30,307 nucleotides of DNA. Origin: Hyphomicrobiaceae bacterium. GTDB taxonomy: Bacteria; Pseudomonadota; Alphaproteobacteria; Rhizobiales; Hyphomicrobiaceae. Where the stretch lies: positions 1 to 30,307 of the forward strand of contig JBIOVC010000214.1 in the NCBI GenBank assembly GCA_044867545.1. Direction: 5' to 3'. A program made the position numbers and the translations under genes. Below are positions 16,929 to 24,505 of this stretch, piece by piece. Below the pieces are notes generated by a model. It was not told the DNA's origin. It worked only from the letters and a program-made list of their open reading frames with translations, and searched no databases. Numbering within the stretch: position 1 is the stretch's first letter; each line of letters opens with the position of its first letter.

Positions 16929-16953
16929 AACGCGGACCCGTGGCCAGGGTTCC
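16929..16953 (-). promoter_or_regulatory. sigma-EcfG promoter of the NepR-like gene
   Basis: Minus strand GGAAC-CCTGGCCACGGGTCCG-CGTT (N16). Confidence 0.75.
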
Positions 16954-17116
16954 GCACCAAACGAAATGGGCACCTCCGCGATCCAACCGGGCACCTGTGG
17001 GAGGTAGTCTGGAATCCCGCGAACATTCCAGCTGATGGCTAGGCGCGGCAACTGCTGCATCGCGTCTCCGCAGGGAGACTTAACGTGGCGCGCCTCAGCA
17101 CCGGCAGATCATCACA

Positions 17117-17311
17117 CTAGGATGCGTTCGCGCTCTGGCCCCGGTGTTTGCTCGCAAGGATCGCCAGCCGTTCGTAGCCGTTGGCAATCTCGCACATGAT
17201 CCGCTTGGCTTTGGGATCGCTCATGATGACGGCGCCGACCCGCGCTTGTGCAGCTAGAGCGCACCAATAGACCGGGTTGTCTCTATCCGAGGACGTGTCT
17301 CTAGTTCCCAT
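17117..17311 (-). CDS. 64-aa small helical hypothetical protein
   Basis: SD AGGAGGG before ATG 17311; NPVYWCALAAQARVGAVIMSDPKAKRIMCEIANGYERLA resembles a recurrent rhizobial small-protein pattern (from memory, not searched). Confidence 0.7.
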   Translation of the reverse strand: MGTRDTSSDRDNPVYWCALAAQARVGAVIMSDPKAKRIMCEIANGYERLAILASKHRGQSANAS

Positions 17312-17410
17312 GGGACCCTCCTGGGCCATGTGGGAGGGGCGCCTCGCGGGGCGAGGTGCCCTTCGGCTGCGCCTTTTTGGGGAGGGGGCTGTAGCGCAGC
17401 TCTCCAAAAA

Positions 17411-17435
17411 AACGCGGGATGTGTCCGCCGGTTCC
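17411..17435 (-). promoter_or_regulatory. sigma-EcfG promoter
   Basis: Minus strand GGAAC-CGGCGGACACATCCCG-CGTT (N16). Confidence 0.75.
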
Positions 17436-17633
17436 TAGCCACCCGCTGTTGTCTTTGGATAGCCTCCGCTTCCCCTCTGGGACGGGGACTTCGGGGTGGC
17501 GGGAACCAGGGGCGTCTCGGGCGGCAACCGCAGACGCCCTTCCCTTTCCTCTTGCCCGACCATCGGTCGCGAGCCACGGCGCAAAGCCCATACCTACCGC
17601 CACGCCCACCAGGAGTCGTGACGCGGCCAGGCG

Positions 17634-17659
17634 GGAACCTGCGGCCGCACGCCCACGTT
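17634..17659 (+). promoter_or_regulatory. sigma-EcfG promoter
   Basis: GGAAC-CTGCGGCCGCACGCCCA-CGTT (N17). Confidence 0.75.
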
Positions 17660-17745
17660 TTTACAAGTCAACTAAGTGGGTGTTCTGCCGTGTGCGGCGC
17701 GCTTTCGCGAGCGATTGGATCCCACGGCCCGAAGTGGATTGTGCG

Positions 17746-18507
17746 ATGAACGACCAAGTATCCCGTACTAGTGGCGCTCAGGAGGTAGCAAGCCACGATT
17801 CAGACCCGGCAAGGCTGCCGGAGCTGCGCATCTATGGCCACTCGAGCCTATTCTACTGGTGGCCGGTGTGGGTCACCGGTTTTGCGGGGGCCTTGATCAC
17901 ATATGCCCGTGGCGGCGTCGTTCGTGTCGATGAAGCTCACCAGCAGTACATCGTCGATAGCTCTGCACTTGGACTTACGTTCGTTGCTGTGCTGCTGGCG
18001 ATCATCTTGTTCACCAACTACCGCCTGCGCGGCCTGATCTCCGTGTCTGTACTGCTCGCGCTCGCGTTCGTGACGGTGCTGTTCGCCTGGCTTGGCTGGT
18101 GGGACGACATCCTGGAGTTCTTGCCGCATCTTTCCGTGCACATGAACATGGGCTTCTATCTGGTATTCTCGACCGCACTCTTCATCATCTGGCTGTTGTC
18201 GTTCTTCGTATTCGATCGCCTCGTTTACTGGCGCGTCCGACCCGGTCAGCTCACAGAGGAGCACGTGATCGGTGGAGCAGAGCTCGCCTACGACACACGC
18301 GGCATGCTGTTCGAGCAGCACGGTGACGACTTCTTCCGGCATGTTGTCCTCGGGCTCGGAGCAGGCGATCTAAAGCTCATGACCACGGGCGCCAAGTCAG
18401 AACAGATCGACATCCCGAATGTGCTCTTCGCCAATCACAAGGTGAAGCAGATCCAGAGGCTCGTGGCGGTGAAGCCTGACGATGCGCTGTCTGCGAACGC
18501 CGCTTGA
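17746..18507 (+). CDS. Uncharacterised multi-pass membrane protein with soluble C-terminal domain
   Basis: IYGHSSLFYWWPVW, about four TM helices, then FDRLVYWRVRPGQL...DDFFRHVVLGLGAGDL...IPNVLF; ATG 17746. Confidence 0.8.
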   Translation: MNDQVSRTSGAQEVASHDSDPARLPELRIYGHSSLFYWWPVWVTGFAGALITYARGGVVRVDEAHQQYIVDSSALGLTFVAVLLAIILFTNYRLRGLISVSVLLALAFVTVLFAWLGWWDDILEFLPHLSVHMNMGFYLVFSTALFIIWLLSFFVFDRLVYWRVRPGQLTEEHVIGGAELAYDTRGMLFEQHGDDFFRHVVLGLGAGDLKLMTTGAKSEQIDIPNVLFANHKVKQIQRLVAVKPDDALSANAA

Positions 18508-18599
18508 CGAGCGCCAGGCATTCACGGATGCGCCATCGGCGCACATTCTGACAGCCGTGGGACCCGTCAGAGACCGCAGCCGACCGACCGTAGGCTTGT

Positions 18600-18691
18600 T
18601 GGCGGAGACGGGGGGATTCGAACCCCCGGTACCCGTTTCCGAGTACAACGGTTTAGCAAACCGCCGCCTTCAGCCACTCGGCCACGTCTCC
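18600..18691 (-). tRNA. tRNA-Ser (GCT)
   Basis: GGAGACGTGGCCGAGTGGCTGAAGGCGGCGGTTTGCTAAACCGTTGTACTCGGAAACGGGTACCGGGGGTTCGAATCCCCCCGTCTCCGCCA: long variable arm, TTCGAAT T-loop, encoded CCA. Confidence 0.97.
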
Positions 18692-18776
18692 CCGAAACGA
18701 GTGGCGGGTATATCAGGTGAGCCCCGAAAAGCAAACGCAAGGGCACTCCACGCGGGCAACTTGGGGCACTCGCCGC

Positions 18777-19292
18777 TCAGCCGCCGGCGCCGTCCTCCTT
18801 CCTGATCGGATCGGCGTACTTGAGCTCCAGGTCCCAGGGGAAATAGATCCAGGTATCCTGCGACACCTCGGTAACGAAGGTATCGATCACCGGCGAGCCG
18901 AGCGGCTTGGCATAGACGGTCGCGAAGTGCGCGTTGGGCAGCATCTGCCGCACGATGCCCGCAGTCCTGCCGGTATCGGTCAGGTCGTCGATCACCAGGA
19001 TGCCGCGACCGGTGCCGTCGCCGATGGCGCGCACCGACGGCGCGATATCCTTCAGCACCTCGAGCGCAGCCTGGTCGGTCTCGTTGCGGTAGCTTGCGAT
19101 GCACACGCACTCGATGAGCCGCAACCCGAGCTCGCGCGCGACGATCGCCGCCGGCACCAGCCCGCCGCGTGTGATGCACACGATCGCCTCGAACCGACCC
19201 TTGTCGGCGAGCCGCCACGCGAGCGCGCGCGCATCGCGGTGGAATTGGTCCCAGGAGACGGGAAAAGCCTTGGTGGGCTGAGGTCCAGCCAT
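18777..19292 (-). CDS. gpt: Xanthine-guanine phosphoribosyltransferase
   Basis: [52 protein letters not shown]-binding loop, TWIYFPWD. Confidence 0.93.
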   Translation of the reverse strand: MAGPQPTKAFPVSWDQFHRDARALAWRLADKGRFEAIVCITRGGLVPAAIVARELGLRLIECVCIASYRNETDQAALEVLKDIAPSVRAIGDGTGRGILVIDDLTDTGRTAGIVRQMLPNAHFATVYAKPLGSPVIDTFVTEVSQDTWIYFPWDLELKYADPIRKEDGAGG

Positions 19293-19426
19293 TGAGCGCT
19301 CCTGCGTGCGAAGCCCCTGCCCCTATAGCGCAGCCGCCGCCCGTTCGCATCTGGTTGGCACCGGTTGGCGATACGCTCTATCCTGCGAGCAACGCGCTAC
19401 CGAGCAAGAGGGAGGAGGAAGCACGC

Positions 19427-20050
19427 ATGCTGAAAATCTATGGCCGCGCCAACTCGATCAATGTGCGCAAGGTGCTGTGGTTCGCCGACGAGATCGGCCT
19501 GGCCTACACGCGCGAGGACTGGGGCCGCGGCTTCCGCCCGACCTCCGAGCCGGAGTTCGTCCGCCTGAGCCCGTTCGGTGTGGTGCCGGTGATCGATGAC
19601 GAGGGCTTCATCCTGCGCGAGAGCAACACCATCGTCCGCTACCTGGCGACGAAACATGCGCGCACCGACCTCTATCCGGCCGATCTCCGGCAGCGCGCGC
19701 TCGCCGAATGCTGGATGGACTGGGCCAACACCGACGCCTCCCTGCCGATGCGGCCGGTGTTCCTCGGGCTCTTCGTCAAGGCGCCGGGCTTCACGGACCC
19801 GAAGTCGATCGAGCCCAACGCCGCCGCCTGGAGCACCCAGATGCGGCTGCTCGATGAGGATCTCGCCAAGGCCGGACCGTACGTGACCGGCGCGAGCTTC
19901 ACCATCGGCGACATCCCCGTCGGGCTCGTCGTCAACCGCTGGATGAACGTCGCCTTCGACAAGCCGAAGTTGTCCTCGCTCGAGGCCTACTACGCGCATC
20001 TCTCCGAGCGGCCTGCCTACCGCACACACACCGGCCCGACCAATCCATGA
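19427..20050 (+). CDS. Glutathione S-transferase family protein (GstB-like)
   Basis: MLKIYGRANSINVRKVLW, SPFGVVPVIDDEGFILRESNTIVRYL, ECWMDWA, FTIGDI; strong SD GGAGGAGG. Confidence 0.92.
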   Translation: MLKIYGRANSINVRKVLWFADEIGLAYTREDWGRGFRPTSEPEFVRLSPFGVVPVIDDEGFILRESNTIVRYLATKHARTDLYPADLRQRALAECWMDWANTDASLPMRPVFLGLFVKAPGFTDPKSIEPNAAAWSTQMRLLDEDLAKAGPYVTGASFTIGDIPVGLVVNRWMNVAFDKPKLSSLEAYYAHLSERPAYRTHTGPTNP

Positions 20051-20150
20051 TACCTTGAGCGGAATACTCAGCCGGCCACGAGCAATTCGCCCCACTGTTG
20101 CCGCTTTCGGCGACGATTGCGACGGCTGTGATCGCGATGATGGCATTCTG

Positions 20151-20723
20151 ATGAGCATCATGAGCCCGCGCACAGCCCTAATCGCCGTCCCGGCCATTGC
20201 CTTCTTGGCCCAGCCGGCGACCGCGCAGGAAACCTGCGTCGTGTGCACGACACCCGCCGCCACCTACCGCTGCGCGATCGAAGGGTCCGAGCGCGTGGCG
20301 CAGTATCGAGGCAGCACCCGCGTCATGCAGTACCTCTGCATCACCGAGCTTGCGAAGCTCGGCGGGCATGCGAGCTGCAGTGTCGGCCGTGGGTCCGGCG
20401 CGGCTTGCATGGGCGAGCTCAAGGTCCTGCGCGCGGACGACGCACTCGCCGCAGCCGAAGCCGTCGTGCGGGATGGGAACCCGCCTCCTGGACCACCACA
20501 GAGTGAGCCCGGCCCACAATCCGGTAGCGGACCGCCGCGCACACTCGAGGAGCTGGCGCGCCGGACCGTCGAGCAGTCGAACGACCAGTTTCAGACTGCC
20601 GGGAAGACGGTGAAGGATACGGCGAAGACAGCCGGCCAGCAGATCGAGAAGGCGGGCGGCGCTGTCGGCGGCGCCGTCAAGAAGACGTGGTCCTGCCTCA
20701 CGTCGCTGTTCACCAACTGCTGA
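20151..20723 (+). CDS. Secreted Cys-containing hypothetical protein
   Basis: Signal peptide ...PATA|QETCVVC; six Cys in the N-terminal domain, Pro-rich linker, amphipathic tail ending WSCLTSLFTNC. Confidence 0.75.
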   Translation: MSIMSPRTALIAVPAIAFLAQPATAQETCVVCTTPAATYRCAIEGSERVAQYRGSTRVMQYLCITELAKLGGHASCSVGRGSGAACMGELKVLRADDALAAAEAVVRDGNPPPGPPQSEPGPQSGSGPPRTLEELARRTVEQSNDQFQTAGKTVKDTAKTAGQQIEKAGGAVGGAVKKTWSCLTSLFTNC

Positions 20724-20816
20724 GCGTCACGCCGAAGCGACGCACGATACATCGCACGCGGCGCATGCCGGCGCACATACGCCGGAGGCCGCCGGTTGTA
20801 TGAACCTTGGTTCCGC

Positions 20817-21086
20817 TCAGTGCCGCGCGAGCCACTCGCGCGCGAGGCGCTGGGCCCTCGCGATCTCGACCCGCGACATCTCTTGCGAGATCTCGAGGCG
20901 GTAGCGCCGGGCTTCGTCGTTGCCGCGCAGCGCAGCGAGATTGAACCACTTGTGCGCCGAGACGAGATCCATCTCGACATCGCGGCCCGCGCAATACATC
21001 AGCCCGAGCTCGAACAGTGCGTCGGGCGCGCCGCTGTGCGCTGCGCACTCGACCATGTCTCTCGATGCAAACTCCAATCGTGCCAT
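20817..21086 (-). CDS. Small Sel1-repeat protein
   Basis: DALFELGLMYCAGRDVEMDLVSAHKWFNLAALRGNDEA...MSRVEIARAQRLAREW. Confidence 0.85.
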   Translation of the reverse strand: MARLEFASRDMVECAAHSGAPDALFELGLMYCAGRDVEMDLVSAHKWFNLAALRGNDEARRYRLEISQEMSRVEIARAQRLAREWLARH

Positions 21087-21625
21087 GGCGATAGACTCCG
21101 CATACATACCATCGCTCGGCCCTCCCGGCTGACTTCGCCGGAGTGGCCGCTACAAACCATGGCAAGCTTGTGATGAGAACTCGTAAATTGCCGACCAAAT
21201 TGTCCTTGAAATCAGGGGGTTCAAAGTGAATAGAGAGTTGCGGTCTCGCCCCGGAACGAGGCAGTTGGGCCATCCGGAAACGCACCGCAACCTCGCGGCA
21301 ACGGATGAGGTAACGCCGGCTCAACCATGCCGCACGATTTTGTTTGGCGGCACTCGCTGGGCGACTCGTCGGAGCTACTTTCGCCGTGCAACAGCGCACT
21401 CGACCCGCCTTCGTATCCAAGGTTGTAGACGCCGTCGCGGCAAACGCCGGCATTCGTCCCGAAAAGGCACGGATCGGCGCGCGATCCGCGCTCGATCGGC
21501 ATGGATATCGTCCTGGCATCGCGCTTGCACTTGCCGCCAGCAGCTACCGAGAGCCCGCCCCGCGTAACCTTTGGGATACGGATATCGGTTCACGATCGTT
21601 TCTCGCGCGAGACCAGGACCACTCC

Positions 21626-22213
21626 ATGAGCAAGACCGCACCGACACGCACGCCGGCCTCCGCCGGGCAGCCCCTCATCGATCGACGCCGGGTGATGCTG
21701 CGGCTCGGGATCTTTGCAGCAGCAGCCGCGACCGCCCACGCCGGTCCCGCCGCCGGCGATGCCGCCGCCGCCCAGTCGGTGGGATCGGGCGCCGAGTCAT
21801 GCTCGGGCGCAGGTACCGTCTGGTGGAGCGAGCTCGTCTGTCCGGATCCGGATCAAAGCCGGGACTTCTACGCCGCCGTGATCGGATGGCAGCACAACAC
21901 CGTGGCTCTCAGCGATCCGTCGAGGCCGCCCTATATCGGCGAGCCCGACTACACGGTGTTCACGACTGGCGGCCGGGAGAGCGCCGGTCTCGTACGCACC
22001 GACACGGCCGAGCCGTCGCAATCCCGCCCCGGGTGGCTCACCTACATCCAGGTGGCCGACGTCGATGCCTCCGTACGGATCGCCGCCGACAAGGGCGGCA
22101 AGATCGTGAAGCACCCGTTCGACATGTCCGGCGTCGGCCGGATCGCGCTGATCGAGGACCCCTCCGGCGTGATGATCGGCCTGGTCACTCCGGCCCAGAA
22201 CGGATCCTGCTAG
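21626..22213 (+). CDS. VOC/glyoxalase family protein with twin-arginine-like signal peptide
   Basis: IDRRRVMLRLGIFAAAAATAHA; GTVWWSELVCPDPDQSRDFYAAVIGW, WLTYIQVADVD, GRIALIEDPSGVMIGL; SD AGGA before ATG 21626. Confidence 0.85.
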   Translation: MSKTAPTRTPASAGQPLIDRRRVMLRLGIFAAAAATAHAGPAAGDAAAAQSVGSGAESCSGAGTVWWSELVCPDPDQSRDFYAAVIGWQHNTVALSDPSRPPYIGEPDYTVFTTGGRESAGLVRTDTAEPSQSRPGWLTYIQVADVDASVRIAADKGGKIVKHPFDMSGVGRIALIEDPSGVMIGLVTPAQNGSC

Positions 22214-22231
22214 GCACGAGTCGAGGTCGGC

Positions 22232-22480
22232 ATGTCCAAAGCGAAAGCTTACGTCTGCATCGACGCGTCCGGAGCGATTGCCGGGGGCTGCATCGTCATC
22301 GATCCGGCACACGCCCGTCATGCGATCCGCACCTGGCTGCGCTCGCATCCGGGATGCCGCGTCGAGCAGGTCACCGTGCAGCAGGCCTACCGGCTGCTGG
22401 AACCGAGACGCACCCGGCGCCGACGCCTGGCAGCAATGGAGAGGAACGCAGGCGTTCCGCTCGTCGCCGCGCACTCCTGA
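22232..22480 (+). CDS. Small hypothetical protein
   Basis: SD GAGG before ATG; 82 aa with 3 Cys and several His; fills the gap up to the convergent peptidase gene. Confidence 0.55.
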   Translation: MSKAKAYVCIDASGAIAGGCIVIDPAHARHAIRTWLRSHPGCRVEQVTVQQAYRLLEPRRTRRRRLAAMERNAGVPLVAAHS

Positions 22481-22495
22481 ATGCCACGAGAGCGG

Positions 22496-23401
22496 TTATC
22501 GCCGCGTGCACGGAAGAATGTAGGTGAAGCCGCGGAACGACCGGTAGTTCGTCCCCTCCAGGAACGGCCGGATCTGAACGCTGCGGCCGTCCTCGGGGCG
22601 AGCCTGGAGCGACATCAGGTACAGCGGATCGATTAGCCGGGCTTCGTCGTTGACCCAGTAGGCCGCACCGCGCCGGTTCTCTCCCCACTCGAGCGCATCG
22701 TCGTCGCCGACCTCGTAGACCTCGAGATGAACCTCGGGCAGGTAGAAGCTCTTGCCCCCGGGCCGGTACACATGGCCGATGGTCTCGCCGCGCGCGATCC
22801 TCTGGCCGGCTCGAAAGTCGCGGACCTCGTCGTACCTCAAGTGGTAGAATGCGGAGTAGTAATAGGGAGGACCGTCGGAAAGATTGAGATCCTGGCGCCT
22901 ATGCCGGATCAGCAGGGCGCCCTCCCGGCCCCAGCCCCAATCGGCTTCCCACACCGCACGGACCACACCGTCTGCCGGCGCCAGGACGTCGTCGCCGAGC
23001 CGGCCGCCGTCGATTCCTGAATGCGGCTCGTACCGCTTGGTTCCGTCTACGTCCTTCCAGCTGGCATAGAGCGAGGTGAGCGGTGAGCAGGAATAGCCAT
23101 CCGGATAGACGGGCGTCAGTCCCGTCTTGGTGATGTCGTAGCCCTTGAGGGCGTTGCTCGAGGCCCGGGACTTCATCGTGGAAACCAAAGTGCTGGCGAG
23201 CACAATTCCTGACGCGACGGCAAGCATCAACGCCGCCGATCGGAAGTAACTCGCGCTGGTCTGTCGCTCGCTCAAGGGAGAAGCGCCGTTGGATGATGCA
23301 GGAAGGCGTGGACTCGTGCCCGTGATTGTTGGTGCACGCCGGCAGACTATCAAGCACACGCGACGGCAGCGCATCTTGGTTAAGTAGATACTGCTGAACA
23401 C
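22496..23401 (-). CDS. Peptidase M23-family protein (start uncertain, probably downstream of 23401)
   Basis: HSGID (HxxxD), VLAPADGVV, YSAFYHL, GQRIARGETIG, PEVHLEV; hydrophobic N-terminal segment ALMLAVASGIVLASTLV. Confidence 0.75.
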   Translation of the reverse strand: MFSSIYLTKMRCRRVCLIVCRRAPTITGTSPRLPASSNGASPLSERQTSASYFRSAALMLAVASGIVLASTLVSTMKSRASSNALKGYDITKTGLTPVYPDGYSCSPLTSLYASWKDVDGTKRYEPHSGIDGGRLGDDVLAPADGVVRAVWEADWGWGREGALLIRHRRQDLNLSDGPPYYYSAFYHLRYDEVRDFRAGQRIARGETIGHVYRPGGKSFYLPEVHLEVYEVGDDDALEWGENRRGAAYWVNDEARLIDPLYLMSLQARPEDGRSVQIRPFLEGTNYRSFRGFTYILPCTRR

Positions 23402-23589
23402 TTAACATTACTCGGACAATTCGAGGGATCAGACCTGCGACCATGTTAACAGCCGTCCACGGCTGGCACGCCGATCGCATTGTGAGCCTCGATCGCACCC
23501 GGAGCGGGGTGGCTCACTGAACCTCACCAATCCCGCAATGCGCCGAGAGGCCGTGCTCCGCGAGCGAGCGATCGCATGGAGGCGGTTTC

Positions 23590-24405
23590 GTGTTGGCGTC
23601 AGTCCTCAATCTTTCGACCGCGGCAATCCGCTTCAGCCGCCGTGCCGCGGGGCCGCACCCCGAGACCGTCGAAGGACTGAAGGCCGAGCCTGGCCTTCCC
23701 GCCGGTCCGCTGACGGAGATCGAGGTCAATGGAGGGCGGGTCGAGCTGTGGGTCGTCGGCCGCCTCGACGATGCCGGCCTCGCCCTCGCCGCACGTTCCC
23801 TCACCGCAGCCGACCGGGCGGAGCGCGACCGGATCCGTCATCCCGCGGCACACGCGAGGTTCATCGCCGCGCGCGCCGCACTCCGCGCCGCACTCTCCCA
23901 CGCCGTCGGCGGCCAGGTACCGGCCGGCGCCTGGCGGTTCACCCGGAACGCGTCCGGCAAGCCCAGCGTCGGACCCGATCTGCCCACCGTGCATTTCAGC
24001 ATCTCGCATGGCGACAGCTTCTCCGTGATCGCGGTCTCGCGGGAGAACCGGATCGGCATCGACATCGAGTCCTTTGCAGCCTCGATGGACCGGGATTTCG
24101 TCGCGTCCTTTCTGTCCCGGCGCGAGCTGAAGGCCATGCAGCGATTGCCGCAGACCGAGCGCCAATACGGCACAATCCGTTCTTGGACGCTGAAGGAGGC
24201 CTACGCCAAATTGCTTGGCATCGGCCTTGCAGCTGACCTTCAGAGCTTCGAGTTCCATCTCGATCCGGCACGGCTGATGTCCCACTGCGAGGCAGCAGAG
24301 GCAGGCAGCGGCACGACCTTTCGGACCTGGCAGATGTCCGGGCCCGGCGGGTCGCACCACGTGGCGCTGGCCGTCAGCCAGCCCGAGGCAGCCCGGATCC
24401 ACTGA
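23590..24405 (+). CDS. Sfp-type 4'-phosphopantetheinyl transferase
   Basis: SGKP, FSISHG, IGIDIE, WTLKEAYAKLLGIGL; GGAGG SD 7 nt before GTG 23590. Confidence 0.9.
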   Translation: MLASVLNLSTAAIRFSRRAAGPHPETVEGLKAEPGLPAGPLTEIEVNGGRVELWVVGRLDDAGLALAARSLTAADRAERDRIRHPAAHARFIAARAALRAALSHAVGGQVPAGAWRFTRNASGKPSVGPDLPTVHFSISHGDSFSVIAVSRENRIGIDIESFAASMDRDFVASFLSRRELKAMQRLPQTERQYGTIRSWTLKEAYAKLLGIGLAADLQSFEFHLDPARLMSHCEAAEAGSGTTFRTWQMSGPGGSHHVALAVSQPEAARIH

Positions 24406-24505
24406 GAGCTTGCGGCAATCCCACGGCCCTGCCCCGCCGGCAGCGCGCGGGATAGTGGCGACCGCGCGGTGCGGCGGCCGAAGGTCTGAGCTGTGGGGTA
24501 GCGAG

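Noticed and set aside
18600-18625. att-site duplicate of the tRNA 3' end or a prophage/ICE
   Set aside because: No second copy, integrase or phage genes were found by eye in the window.
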